From Minisyncoccia bacterium (GTDB taxonomy: Bacteria; Patescibacteriota; Minisyncoccia; Phycocordibacterales; UBA918): 64,000 nucleotides of DNA. Shown piece by piece: positions 39,452 to 49,961 of the stretch (its first letter is position 1; the number at the start of each line of letters is the position of its first letter). Below the pieces are notes generated by a model. That model did no database searches. It was given only the letters and a program-made list of their open reading frames with translations, and was not told the origin of the DNA. The position numbers were made by a program, and so were the translations under genes. The stretch is taken from NCBI GenBank assembly GCA_041742075.1, contig JBGSJJ010000005.1:17648-81647 (forward strand). Direction: 5' to 3'.

Positions 39452-40303
39452 ATGTTCTTATTTCGTGACCGGGTTCATTCTTTAAAATTGTGGCTTTTAC
39501 TGCTACTTACGACACTTTTTCTTTGGCCAGCGAATACCTCAGCTTCTACCGGTACACTCGCGGTGGAGCTACTCCCTCGGCCGGCGACTGGTGTCCCGGA
39601 ATACGTTAGTTTGACGCTGATGGCGACCGGTACCGTAGATATCTCTGGTTGGCGGATAGAAGATACTTTGGCCTCGCCTTCAGTGGTGTATACCTTTCCG
39701 ACGAGTACAATCCTGACTACCGGTACGCCACTTCGGGTTTGCCAGCTGGCTCTCGCAACCGTACCGACAGCTCCCTGCAACGCTCACTTTGGCGGTACGG
39801 CCAAGTGGAATAATGATGGCGATACGCTTCGTTTGTTTTCAAATACTAATGTCGAAGTACTTACGCTTCCATACGTTGGGGCAGTTATTGTGGGAGAACT
39901 GCTTGAAACTACCACCACAGTTACACTCGACCTAGTTGAAGAACCTCCACCTCCACCTCCACCTCCACCCCCGCCAGACCCAGAAGAAGAGGAAGAGGAA
40001 GATGAACCACCTCCTCCACCTCCGCCACCAGTTCCGGTTGACACACCAAAGTTTGTCACCTTCTGTAAGGCTATAAATAGCCACCTGGTGCCGTTTATAA
40101 AGATAAAACTACCGTACTCGGTAGTTATGAAAGGCAAGGTGATAAAGGATGCTGACATAGTACCCTCTGTTGGTACGAGTACCGGACAAAACCTTACCCA
40201 AAACTACCTGCTTCGCGGTGGGACGCTTACCGGCCAGCAAATTCTAGATAAAAAATGCCTCGTACTTCGCCCCAAGCCCCGCCATTTTTGGTGGTTTAGA
40301 TAA
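39452..40303 (+). CDS. Secreted lamin-tail-domain protein with poly-Pro/Glu linker and a C-terminal Cys-bounded module
   Basis: EYVSL..VDISGWRIED..WNNDGDTLRL (LTD); PPPP/EEEE low-complexity linker. Confidence 0.75.
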   Translation: MFLFRDRVHSLKLWLLLLLTTLFLWPANTSASTGTLAVELLPRPATGVPEYVSLTLMATGTVDISGWRIEDTLASPSVVYTFPTSTILTTGTPLRVCQLALATVPTAPCNAHFGGTAKWNNDGDTLRLFSNTNVEVLTLPYVGAVIVGELLETTTTVTLDLVEEPPPPPPPPPPPDPEEEEEEDEPPPPPPPPVPVDTPKFVTFCKAINSHLVPFIKIKLPYSVVMKGKVIKDADIVPSVGTSTGQNLTQNYLLRGGTLTGQQILDKKCLVLRPKPRHFWWFR

Positions 40304-40400
40304 AAAATAATTTCACTTCAGTAAGTAGTTATATTTGTCTATGCAAGAATTAAATTTCATGATTAAATTTACCTGGGACTTCTCATCGAGGAGAAAGTAA

Positions 40401-40652
40401 ATGTCTATCTTAGTTCGGGCGCTGGTCATTGCCTTGAGTTTAAATTTTTATGCGACCTCAAGTTACAGTAAAGAAGTCTGTGCCATTGTTCATCCCAAGT
40501 TGGATTCAGAGTTAAGGAGGGTGAGTTTTCTCTATATGTTTAATAAAGAAACTGCAGAAAGTCTTCTGAAGTTTTTTCTAAATAATCCAGAAAATTTTGG
40601 AAGTTTCATTCACTGTATTGATGTTCAAAGAAAGAAAACTGCTCTCATTTAA
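40401..40652 (+). CDS. Small orphan secreted protein with strong SD
   Basis: GAGGAG 7 nt upstream of the ATG; signal-like N-terminus; 2 Cys. Confidence 0.6.
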   Translation: MSILVRALVIALSLNFYATSSYSKEVCAIVHPKLDSELRRVSFLYMFNKETAESLLKFFLNNPENFGSFIHCIDVQRKKTALI

Positions 40653-40675
40653 AAAGAACCACGTTAAGTGGTCTT

Positions 40676-41416
40676 TTATTTTATACCGAGGGCTTTGAAA
40701 AAGCCTTTTTGTTCGTCTGGGGTGAGTTTGCGGAACTGGTTGGGCTTCAGGGCACCTAGTTCGACATTCATAATCCGCACACGCTTGAGTGTCTGGACCT
40801 GATACCCAAGGGCAGCACACATACGTCTGATTTGATGTTTCTTTCCCTCGATGAGGGTGAGGTTAAAAACTAGTTTATTTTTGGGGTTTGCAATCGCTTT
40901 GGCCGGCTTCGTTTTATAGCGTTCAATCCGTACCCCTTTCTCGAGTTCTTTTAGAAAAGAGCCTCGAATCGGTTTATCAACTTCCACGCGGTATTCCTTC
41001 TCGTGACCAGCGTCTGGGTCAAGGAGCGGGGCAGTTACCCGGCCGTCGTTCGTGAGAATCATCAGTCCCTCTGAGTCTTTGTCGAGGCGTCCAACCGGAT
41101 AGACGTCTTCAATCCCGTAGTCTTTCTTAAGACGAGCTTTAATGTCTACTTCCTCAGCAGTTGGGGAGTGCGTAATAATCCCACGTCCTTTGTAATAGGC
41201 GAGATACTGCTTTTTTGCTTCACCAGCCAGGTCACCGACGGTTACTTTGTCTGTGGGGGTGACTTTTTGGCCCATCACCGCCTTTCGGCCATTAACAAAA
41301 ACCAAGCCTTTTTCAATCAGGCCGTCGACTTCTCGACGTGAAGCCACGCCTTTATCCGCCAGGTATTTGTTTATTCTGACCGCATCAGTAGGTGTAGAGG
41401 GAGTTTTTTTCTGCAT
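40676..41416 (-). CDS. RsuA-family (RluB/RluF-like) pseudouridine synthase
   Basis: S4 domain RINKYLA..SRRE; GRLDKDSEGL and EGKKHQIRRMC motifs. Confidence 0.93.
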   Translation of the reverse strand: MQKKTPSTPTDAVRINKYLADKGVASRREVDGLIEKGLVFVNGRKAVMGQKVTPTDKVTVGDLAGEAKKQYLAYYKGRGIITHSPTAEEVDIKARLKKDYGIEDVYPVGRLDKDSEGLMILTNDGRVTAPLLDPDAGHEKEYRVEVDKPIRGSFLKELEKGVRIERYKTKPAKAIANPKNKLVFNLTLIEGKKHQIRRMCAALGYQVQTLKRVRIMNVELGALKPNQFRKLTPDEQKGFFKALGIK

Positions 41417-41483
41417 AACGCCAGTATAATGCTAGAAAAAATACTTTCTGTCAAGAAAGTGTTTTCCATAGTCATATTTTTGT

Positions 41484-42026
41484 CTATTTCATCACGCTCG
41501 GTGTGGTTGGAGCGGTAAGCTTGACTGTCCCGAGGACGACACTGGCGGTGTTGAATAATCGAAGGTTATTTTCAGCCACCACCAAGCGATCTTTATCTTC
41601 AGAACGGAAGTACGGCAGGTTGGTTATCTGAAGGCCAACGGTGCGCACTGAAGAAAGTGAGAGTAGTTCAAGTGCTGTTACGAGAGTAAATGAGCCCTTA
41701 GTCATTGGCGGAAGCACATAGTAGCCGTCTTCAATGTCGTAGCTACTTAACACCATTCCCGTACTTTTGTAGCCAGTTGGAGACATTTTACCGTTCTGGA
41801 CCGCTGTGTACCCAACCTTATTTGAGTCTGCGTCATACGGTAAGCCATTTTCTGCTAGTATCGGTAAGTAATAGGGCTCTGCTCCCGTCTGAAACTCATA
41901 GGTAATGGTATAGAGGGCGGCATCAGCTGTTAGCTTGGTAGCGCTTTGTCTCGTGTCAGCAAACGCCTGTCCAGCCGGCATTAACATAACGGTCAGTACA
42001 ATTAACGTAAAAATATTTGTTTTCAT
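41484..42026 (-). CDS. Hypothetical secreted protein (likely start MKTNIF, about 42026)
   Basis: Signal peptide ending QAFA; beta-rich sequence. Confidence 0.6.
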   Translation of the reverse strand: MKTNIFTLIVLTVMLMPAGQAFADTRQSATKLTADAALYTITYEFQTGAEPYYLPILAENGLPYDADSNKVGYTAVQNGKMSPTGYKSTGMVLSSYDIEDGYYVLPPMTKGSFTLVTALELLSLSSVRTVGLQITNLPYFRSEDKDRLVVAENNLRLFNTASVVLGTVKLTAPTTPSVMK

Positions 42027-42213
42027 ACAGGCATAAGTATACACGAAAGCCGAGTTTTGAGAGCTATTTTGGCTAGGAATCTCTACCACTTGCCAAAATC
42101 AAGAATCGTGGTCTATGCTTGCTATTTTTTCTGGGGGGTGTACTATTCCGTTCAATACGAAAAAACTCTCTGTGTGGGATATTTTCGGACAATTTAATAA
42201 TTAGGTATTACTT

Positions 42214-45200
42214 ATGAACATATTTACTTTTACCAACCTATTTACAGCGCGCTGCTTTGCCGTTGTAACATTATTAGCAGTAGTGATGAGTGCCTTTCCG
42301 GCGCCTTTTTTTGTGTCGGAAGCCGAGGCCTTCAACAACGCACCAAGACTTGAAAAAGTGAAGTTCTGTCACGCGACTCCAAATGGTGACAGTCCATTTC
42401 AACTACAAAAGAAGTATGCGTTTGAAATAGCGCTTGGGCACCATAATCATGGTGGTGATATTTTCCCTACCTACGATGGTCCAGTGATAAATAATTACGG
42501 TGGCCAGAACCTAGATACTGAATATCCAGAGTATGGAGGTATGACTGGGGCAGACATCCTTAAGGCTGACTGTGAAGTACCAGAAACAGCCAAGCTTACC
42601 CTCGTAAAGAACGTTGTTGGTGGAGAAGCTGAAGCTAAAGACTGGAATTTGTCGGCAACCGCTCTCGGAGAAAACGATAACTTTGACTTTGAAGTTGAAG
42701 GAGACGAAGAAGGGGCTGAATACCTCATAGAGGCTGGTGTAGCATATGAAATTTCTGAAGAAGGTTCTGAAGAAAACTATACGCTTACGTCACTCACTTG
42801 TGACAAAGAAGGTGCTCTTTCAAACATTTACGAAGTTACCCTTGAAGAAGGAGACGATGTAACTTGTACCTTCACGAACACGTATGTACCTCCACACGTA
42901 CCAAAGGTGACGATTGAAGCGACAAAGATCATCTGTGAAGACGAAGCACTGCTTCCAAATGATGGGTACACAAACATTGACGCCAATACTGCAACTAACT
43001 TTTTGGCTGAAAACCCATCATGTTACCTCGCGCAAGATTGGGATTTCCAATATGCGGTTGGTGGCCTCAGTAACGGTAACTCACCAGATAATGATGGTGT
43101 ACTTGATGAGAATGGTTGGGACGAAGAAAATACTGTGTCTACAGTCGGAGGAGTAGCGACAATGGTTATCGAAATGAGTGAACTTGGTCAAAACCGAACT
43201 GTTTCAGTTCGAGAAGTGATGCAAGAAGGCTACATTCCATTTACTGGTCAACAAGGGGGTCCAGTTTCAGCAGAACTCTACTGCGCAAACGATGCGGCTA
43301 ACTTTGACAACCTTGAATGGGTACCAGTTTCAGCTGACAACACCTACCACTGTGTAGCTTGGAACGTGCCTGAACTCGAAACAGTAGAAGCGTGTAAGCT
43401 CGACGAAGCAGGCAACAAGCTTGCTGGTTGGGAAATGACCATCTCAAATGGTGATGATGAAGACGATGTAACGAAGGTAACTGGAGAAAACGGCTGTACG
43501 ACCTTTGAAGTAAATCCAAATAATGGTCCTTGGACAGTCTCAGAAACAGTCAAGACTGGCTGGGATCAAGTAGAAGTAGATGCTAATTGGGGCTATATAG
43601 TAGGAGAGGAGGGATCACAGTCATGTGAATTCTTTGGAAAACGTGCAGAAGCACGTACTAATATAGTTGTTGTAGATACTGAAGAGGGCTACAACTGTAC
43701 CTTCACCAACGAAGCAGCACCAATCTGTGTAGATAAGCCAAATGGTGACTTCGCCAATGATTACCAAGACGTAGACCAGAAAAAGCGAAAGGATGGCTCA
43801 GCTATTACTAATCCTGATCGAATTGACCCAAGCAAGGTGCTTGGCGCTAATGACTGGGTAGCGAACGGCAGTACTGGTTTCTTTGCACTTGGCTTTGGTG
43901 GTTCAATCGTGGTTGAGTTTGACTCATACGTACCAAACGTAGCAGGCAACGACATCACTGTCTTTGAAGCAACTAATGGCACCTACCCAGCTGAAACAGC
44001 CTTGGTAGAAGTAAGTCAAGACGGAAGTGACTGGGAAACAGTTGGTACTGCCAACAACACAAACGCTGGCAAAATTACAAACTTTGACTTCGATTCAACT
44101 GGCCTCGCATGGATTAAGTTTGTCCGAGTTACCGATACTAGTAATTCAGCGCTTCACACGAGCGATGCAGATGGCTTTGACTTAGACGCAGTGAAGGCGA
44201 CCCAAACAGTGTGTGTTCCTCCTGAGGAAGCACCAGTTTGTTCAGTAACGATTGTGAGTGATGAAACAAACATCGTTGGCGCTATGTTCGCGAAACTTGT
44301 TACCTTTATTCACAATGACTGGGATGCGATTGTCGCAGCACCAAGTGCGTGGATTTGGGGAGATGACCCGGTAGCTGACCCAGTAAACGAGACTATCCAG
44401 ACCTTTGAAAAGACCTTTGGTTGGAATGGTCCAGTTACTTCAGCTGTCCTCACGATTGCCGCTGATAACAGCTACGCTGTAGCGGTTAACGGTGACGCAG
44501 CGGGAAGTGACGCAACTGAAAAGAACTTTATTGTGGCTGACGTGCACGACCTGTCTGGCTTTATTGACCAAGGCAACAACACGCTCGCAGTTACCGTAAA
44601 GAACTGGGCACAAGCAAATGGAACTACTAAGAGTAATCCAGCTGGTCTTAAGTACGAACTCGTTATCACTGGTTCAGATGAGAACTGTGATGTACCGTAC
44701 GAAGAAGAAGTAGAGCCAGTAGACGTTACTATCTGTAAATACGACGCTAAGGAAAACGAACTAGCTGGATGGACACTCTCACTCCTTGGCAACAAGGTAG
44801 AAGATGTGGTTGTTCCAGCTACGAATGGTACTGGTGTAGACACGACAGCTGTCTTAAGTGGCGGTAAGTCATACGTAGCCAAGGCTATGGGTACTTGGGA
44901 CAATAACCGAGGCCCGCTCAACATTGTTGACGCTGAGTACTCAACTGAAGATACTTGGGCAACTTACATGAACGGCTTTGATGGCTACGGAGAAGATATT
45001 CTCGAGCTATCAGTAAACGGTCTTCTCGGAGACTGGGGAGCATACAACAGTGCTCATACTTACCTGCAAGCGTTTACGCAAGCAACTGGTACTGCAAACG
45101 TAGCGGTACAAGATACGTTCTATGGTGATAATACCGGTTCACTCAATGTCAGTATCTTTGAAGGATACGCTGGTATTACTGACAAAAACGGTTGCGTTAC

Positions 45201-46761
45201 CTTCAGTGACGTGACTCCAGGTTCATACACTATCGGTGAAGTGATGCAAGACGGTTGGACTAATCAGTCAGGTCTTGGTGAAGTAACTGTCAGTGAAGAA
45301 AACAACGAGTTTACCGTGGTAAACAAGGAAATTGATGAGGTAGCAACAGTTATCGCACACAAAATCGTGTGTACAGACGAAACTGACCTACCAAACTGGG
45401 CGGAACTAGAAAACACAGTTGGCGCAACCACAGCACTTGACTGGGTAAATGACCCAGAGAACCCAAGTTGTGAGCTTGTACCAGACTGGAAATTCCAGTG
45501 GACACTGCCACAAGGCGATCAGTCTAACCCAGACAATGACATTTCTGATGGAAATGAACTCTATGGTGAAGCAGAAGGTTGGACAACTTTTGGACCAACC
45601 GATGCAAATGGTATGACTACACTTACCCTCACTGAAGAAGACTTAGGTGATGCTGGGTATATCTGGATTCGTGAAGTGCTTCAAGACGGACACCTACCAT
45701 TTACCTATGGTCCAGACCAGCAAAACAACAATGACGACGTGAGTGCTGAAATCTATTGTCATAAAGACGTAAAGAACTATGACAACTATGACCGAGTAGA
45801 CGGTATTGAAGTTGGTGAGACATATAACTGTGTAGCTTGGAATCATATCGAGCCATCAGAACCAGTTTGTCTCGAACCAGAGACAAACCTCATTGCAAAC
45901 GGTGGTTTTGAAGCCAACGATGTAACTGATGGCGCTGGCTGGCAAATATTTGCTTCAGGCACGCCACTTCTAGAGTGGTTGGTAAGTTGGATTAATCCAA
46001 CTGGTGCTCCAGAAGTAGCCTCACTTGAACTCCATGGTGGAGTAAATGGTTGGCTACCAGCTGAAGGTCTGCAGTACGCAGAGCTTGATTCAGATTGGCA
46101 AGGTCCAGGTGGAGGCAACGGTGAAGCGGCATCAGTTTCTATCTCACAGACTGTGCCAACACTCGCCGGTGTAGACTACAACCTCGCATGGGACTTCTCA
46201 CCACGACCTGACCAAAACGGTACTGAAAACGTACTTGAGGTATTGGTTAACAACGTACTAGTAGACACTAATACAGCAGCTGGTAACGGTACTCAGACTG
46301 TATGGACAGGGGATTCAGTTACTTTTGAAGGAACTGGTGCTCCAATGACCATTACCTTCCGTGATGCTGGTACAAATAACTCAGTCGGAACCTTTGTTGA
46401 CGATATCTCAGTAAACTGCGTTCGCGGTGAAGGAGATGGCGACGGGGAAGGTGACGGAGATGGCGATAATGACGATACACCAACTATCCCTCCAACTATA
46501 CCAACTCCAGATGATGGTGATAACACCTCAACTCGACTAGAAGGACGTAACTCAGGTGGTTCGTCTGACTCATCAGATACTGAAACTGGCCTTGGTGGTA
46601 ATCCAGAAGGAGAAGTACTTGGTGACCAAGTGTCTGTTGTGCCATTTGGTGCAGCGAACGCTGGTTTCGGAGGAACAGCATCAGACGCCAAAGCAATGGC
46701 ACTGGTGCTTGCCCTTATCCTCGTACTCGCTCTCTTCTCAGTTCGACAGAAGGTTGCGTAA
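42214..46761 (+). CDS. 1515-aa acidic multi-domain surface protein (SpaA/prealbumin-like and DUF642-like domains), putative sortase substrate
   Basis: Signal peptide; repeated CK.D...LAGW modules; NLIANGGFE..YAELDSD; C-terminal motif, TM and basic tail. Confidence 0.8.
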   Translation: MNIFTFTNLFTARCFAVVTLLAVVMSAFPAPFFVSEAEAFNNAPRLEKVKFCHATPNGDSPFQLQKKYAFEIALGHHNHGGDIFPTYDGPVINNYGGQNLDTEYPEYGGMTGADILKADCEVPETAKLTLVKNVVGGEAEAKDWNLSATALGENDNFDFEVEGDEEGAEYLIEAGVAYEISEEGSEENYTLTSLTCDKEGALSNIYEVTLEEGDDVTCTFTNTYVPPHVPKVTIEATKIICEDEALLPNDGYTNIDANTATNFLAENPSCYLAQDWDFQYAVGGLSNGNSPDNDGVLDENGWDEENTVSTVGGVATMVIEMSELGQNRTVSVREVMQEGYIPFTGQQGGPVSAELYCANDAANFDNLEWVPVSADNTYHCVAWNVPELETVEACKLDEAGNKLAGWEMTISNGDDEDDVTKVTGENGCTTFEVNPNNGPWTVSETVKTGWDQVEVDANWGYIVGEEGSQSCEFFGKRAEARTNIVVVDTEEGYNCTFTNEAAPICVDKPNGDFANDYQDVDQKKRKDGSAITNPDRIDPSKVLGANDWVANGSTGFFALGFGGSIVVEFDSYVPNVAGNDITVFEATNGTYPAETALVEVSQDGSDWETVGTANNTNAGKITNFDFDSTGLAWIKFVRVTDTSNSALHTSDADGFDLDAVKATQTVCVPPEEAPVCSVTIVSDETNIVGAMFAKLVTFIHNDWDAIVAAPSAWIWGDDPVADPVNETIQTFEKTFGWNGPVTSAVLTIAADNSYAVAVNGDAAGSDATEKNFIVADVHDLSGFIDQGNNTLAVTVKNWAQANGTTKSNPAGLKYELVITGSDENCDVPYEEEVEPVDVTICKYDAKENELAGWTLSLLGNKVEDVVVPATNGTGVDTTAVLSGGKSYVAKAMGTWDNNRGPLNIVDAEYSTEDTWATYMNGFDGYGEDILELSVNGLLGDWGAYNSAHTYLQAFTQATGTANVAVQDTFYGDNTGSLNVSIFEGYAGITDKNGCVTFSDVTPGSYTIGEVMQDGWTNQSGLGEVTVSEENNEFTVVNKEIDEVATVIAHKIVCTDETDLPNWAELENTVGATTALDWVNDPENPSCELVPDWKFQWTLPQGDQSNPDNDISDGNELYGEAEGWTTFGPTDANGMTTLTLTEEDLGDAGYIWIREVLQDGHLPFTYGPDQQNNNDDVSAEIYCHKDVKNYDNYDRVDGIEVGETYNCVAWNHIEPSEPVCLEPETNLIANGGFEANDVTDGAGWQIFASGTPLLEWLVSWINPTGAPEVASLELHGGVNGWLPAEGLQYAELDSDWQGPGGGNGEAASVSISQTVPTLAGVDYNLAWDFSPRPDQNGTENVLEVLVNNVLVDTNTAAGNGTQTVWTGDSVTFEGTGAPMTITFRDAGTNNSVGTFVDDISVNCVRGEGDGDGEGDGDGDNDDTPTIPPTIPTPDDGDNTSTRLEGRNSGGSSDSSDTETGLGGNPEGEVLGDQVSVVPFGAANAGFGGTASDAKAMALVLALILVLALFSVRQKVA

Positions 46762-46779
46762 GTAGAATGACGCTTTAAA

Positions 46780-46816
46780 CAAAAGGCCCGCCAGCTCTAT
46801 GCTGGCGGGCCTTTTG
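46780..46816 (+). terminator. Intrinsic terminator
   Basis: CAAAAGGCCCGCCAGC-loop-GCTGGCGGGCCTTTTG. Confidence 0.8.
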
Positions 46817-47054
46817 CCTTGAAAGTGGCCTAATCAATCACTATGTATTATATACGAGGACAGAAGACGGTTCTGTCAACCTTGTGCAACTGTGTGAGCA
46901 ACGTATGATTGTACTATTCCATGATGACTACTTGCGGCCACTATTGCTAGGGGACAAAAATGCGCACATTTTATGTGCGCTTTTTTGTACCCTCGCGAAG
47001 AGTTTTGGGTAGTCATTTGGGCATTATTAATTACTACTAAGTAAATACATTACT

Positions 47055-48458
47055 ATGAATACAAAACGATTAATCATGAGCCTCGGTATGCTCGCCTTTG
47101 TAGGTGCCGTGGTGGTAGGAGGAACCGGCGCGTTCTTTAGTGACCAAGAAGCGTCTGTCGGCAACGTGTTTGCCGCCGGTGACGTGGATGTTGAGATTCT
47201 AAACATTACTCATTCACCAGCTGAGCCAAACCTAGTTGGTTTTGAAGTATCTGAAGAAAGCTTCACGTTTTCTTTTGCTGACCTTAAGCCACTTGATACT
47301 GGAACTGTTACCTATACAATCCAAAATGATTCAAACCCAGCTTATGTCTGTGCCATGGTGGAAGAGACTGGAAACAATGACAACGCGACTAATGACCCGG
47401 AAGAAGACGCTGGTGATGACTCACCCGGAGTTGGTGAGGGTGAACTGGGACAATTTCTTAGTTTCAAGTTTGGTGATGAAACAGGCACCCTTGAAGCTAT
47501 CAGTGGTCTCTGGCAGACTGTTGGTGAGGTTGTTAACAATAACTCTATTCCTGCAGAAATTGACTACTGTTTCGGAGAATTTGACGGGCTAAACTGTGTG
47601 CTTGACGAAGATGCTGTGTATAACATGGCTCAGACAGATCAGCTTACAGCTGACGTGAAGTTCTACGCTGTGCAGACCCGAAACAATGAAGATTTCGACT
47701 GTTCTAGCTTGAATGAAGAGGTTGAACCAGATGTTTTAGCTAGTTATGCGACAGGTTTTGAACCAAATACATTCGCAGTTGGAAACATTAACACACAAGA
47801 TAATTGGGAAAAAACAGGTCCATTCGATGCTGCGGTTGTAAACAATCCTGCGATTGAAGGGTTGCAGTCACTTCGTATTTCAAATGCAGTTACGAGTGGC
47901 AGTTTTGGAGATCAGACCTTCTCACCTGAGCTTGCTATAGGAGCTGGGGAGACAGGAGTAGCTCCGGCAAAACGATTTGAGGCGGAATTCGAAATTTCTT
48001 CAATGCAAGTTGCTGAACAACCAGGCTTAGCGGTAACAGTTTCGCCAGACGATGGTAGTGGGTCACGAATGAGTTTCCTTCGTTTTTCAGATACACCAGC
48101 GGGAATTGATGTAACATTCTTCGATGCTACAAACCCTGGACCACTACCAACTGCGACAGCATTTAACCCGACTGTGATAGCGTCACTTGATCGAAGTATC
48201 TCTCACACTGTAAAGATGACTCTAGATTTTGTAGATGGACCTGGAAACGATATTGTTAAGGTCTACATTGATGGTGTACTTGAGCACACAGGAACTACTT
48301 GGGAAGACTATTATCGATTTGATTCAGAGCAATCAGGAAATGGAAATACTCTGTTTGCTGTTGATTCACTTCTATTCCGAACTTCAGGTACAGCAGCTCC
48401 AGCCACCTCTGGTGCAGGTTACTTGTTTGACACTTTAGTACTTACAACTAGTAACTAA
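47055..48458 (+). CDS. TasA/camelysin-like protein with SipW-dependent signal peptide and C-terminal lectin-like domain
   Basis: GGTGAFFSDQEASVGNVFAAGDVD, DLKPLDTG and FYAVQTRNN motifs. Confidence 0.82.
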   Translation: MNTKRLIMSLGMLAFVGAVVVGGTGAFFSDQEASVGNVFAAGDVDVEILNITHSPAEPNLVGFEVSEESFTFSFADLKPLDTGTVTYTIQNDSNPAYVCAMVEETGNNDNATNDPEEDAGDDSPGVGEGELGQFLSFKFGDETGTLEAISGLWQTVGEVVNNNSIPAEIDYCFGEFDGLNCVLDEDAVYNMAQTDQLTADVKFYAVQTRNNEDFDCSSLNEEVEPDVLASYATGFEPNTFAVGNINTQDNWEKTGPFDAAVVNNPAIEGLQSLRISNAVTSGSFGDQTFSPELAIGAGETGVAPAKRFEAEFEISSMQVAEQPGLAVTVSPDDGSGSRMSFLRFSDTPAGIDVTFFDATNPGPLPTATAFNPTVIASLDRSISHTVKMTLDFVDGPGNDIVKVYIDGVLEHTGTTWEDYYRFDSEQSGNGNTLFAVDSLLFRTSGTAAPATSGAGYLFDTLVLTTSN

Positions 48459-48578
48459 CGAAATGTAGGGGTTGCATAATTTAGTCTTGACGAAAGTTAC
48501 TTCACACTTGAGAGGAGTAACTGGGTCAAGGCTTAAGTAATGCCTGATGAAAATTAGTTACTAATTATAACGAACGAT

Positions 48579-49883
48579 ATGAAACGAATTATTGGAAGTA
48601 GTGTGATGCTCTTGGCTGTTTTGGCCATTATAGTGGGTGGTACTGGTGCGTTTTTCAGTGATGAAGAGGTTTCAACTGGAAACGTGTTTACCGCTGGTGC
48701 TATCGACCTCACGGTAGACCAAGCGGAAGCCAGCTATAACGGCGAAAGTTGTGTAAACAACTGTGTCGCGAGTGGAAATGAACTCATTATTAATGGTGGT
48801 TTTGAAGACCCTGTGTTGAATAATCCAAACTACCAGATGTTTCCAACCGGTATCCTTGGTTGGAGTGTTGAGTCTGGGGCTGGTATTGAAGTTCAGCGAA
48901 ACGCAGCTGGTGCACCACATAGTGGAGCACAGCATGTTGAACTCGATAGTGATAACTCAACCACGATGTTCCAGACTCTTACCACAGTGGCCGGACAAAA
49001 GTACCGACTGTCATTTTGGCACTCACCACGACCGAATCGTCCCAACAACGACAACGTGATTGGTTATGAGGTGCAGGTGGTAAGTGGTGCAACCACTATT
49101 ATTGATGGTGTTGTTGGTGTTAATAACGCCGGTGGCAATACTACGGGCAATACTGTGTGGACACAGTACACGTACGACTTTATTGCAACTGATACTTCTA
49201 CCAAAATCATCTTTAGTGACCAAGGGACTGTTTTGAGTAACACGTACGGCGGATACCTCGACGATGTATCAGTTAAAACAATTACCTGTTCAGTTAGCAC
49301 CTACGCTGATACTCAGGGTGGATTCTGTGAACTTTGGGAGGCGACTGACCTCACGACCCAGAAGTTCTTTAATTTCTCTGATGTGAAGCCACAAGACTCT
49401 GGAACCAACCTTATTTCTCTCCACGTTGAAAACAACGAAGCCTACATGTGTCTCACTGTGGCTAACCAGGAAGATAATGAAAACCTAACTAATGATCCTG
49501 AACTTGAAGCAGGTGATGTACTCCCAGCTGGCGAGCTGTCTGAACACCTGATGGTAGCTGGTTGGTATAGTGACGAAAATGGTGCCAATCTCTCACCAAT
49601 GTTTGGTCCAACGTACATGAATGACCTTGAAGACATTACGTTTGCTGACAGTGACTCGACCGAAGACCCGATTGAGCCCGGCGCGACAAAGTATGTAAAC
49701 CTGGCGTGGTGTCTTGGTACGCTTACGGTTACCGGTAACACCTTTACCTGTGACGGTGATGTACCAAACATCAATCGAACTCAGACCGACTCTCTTTTAG
49801 CTGACCTTCAGTTCTACGCGGTCCAAACCCGAAACAACGAGGAATTCTCTTGCGAAGCGGTTGAAGAAACCCCAGATCTCTAA
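48579..49883 (+). CDS. TasA-like protein with SipW-dependent signal peptide and inserted DUF642-like domain
   Basis: GGTGAFFSDEEVSTGNVFTAGAIDL, NGGFE..VELDSD, DVKPQDSG and FYAVQTRNN motifs. Confidence 0.82.
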   Translation: MKRIIGSSVMLLAVLAIIVGGTGAFFSDEEVSTGNVFTAGAIDLTVDQAEASYNGESCVNNCVASGNELIINGGFEDPVLNNPNYQMFPTGILGWSVESGAGIEVQRNAAGAPHSGAQHVELDSDNSTTMFQTLTTVAGQKYRLSFWHSPRPNRPNNDNVIGYEVQVVSGATTIIDGVVGVNNAGGNTTGNTVWTQYTYDFIATDTSTKIIFSDQGTVLSNTYGGYLDDVSVKTITCSVSTYADTQGGFCELWEATDLTTQKFFNFSDVKPQDSGTNLISLHVENNEAYMCLTVANQEDNENLTNDPELEAGDVLPAGELSEHLMVAGWYSDENGANLSPMFGPTYMNDLEDITFADSDSTEDPIEPGATKYVNLAWCLGTLTVTGNTFTCDGDVPNINRTQTDSLLADLQFYAVQTRNNEEFSCEAVEETPDL

Positions 49884-49961
49884 GGAACTGGTAGTCTAAC
49901 TCTGTGCGGGCAAACACCATTTGCTCGCACTCCTTAGGCTAGCAGGGTCTATTCGTACATT

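Noticed and set aside
39940-40030. CCA/CCT and GAA/GAG triplet runs as a DNA repeat or phase-variation tract
   Set aside because: Explained by poly-Pro and poly-Glu linker coding with mixed synonymous codons
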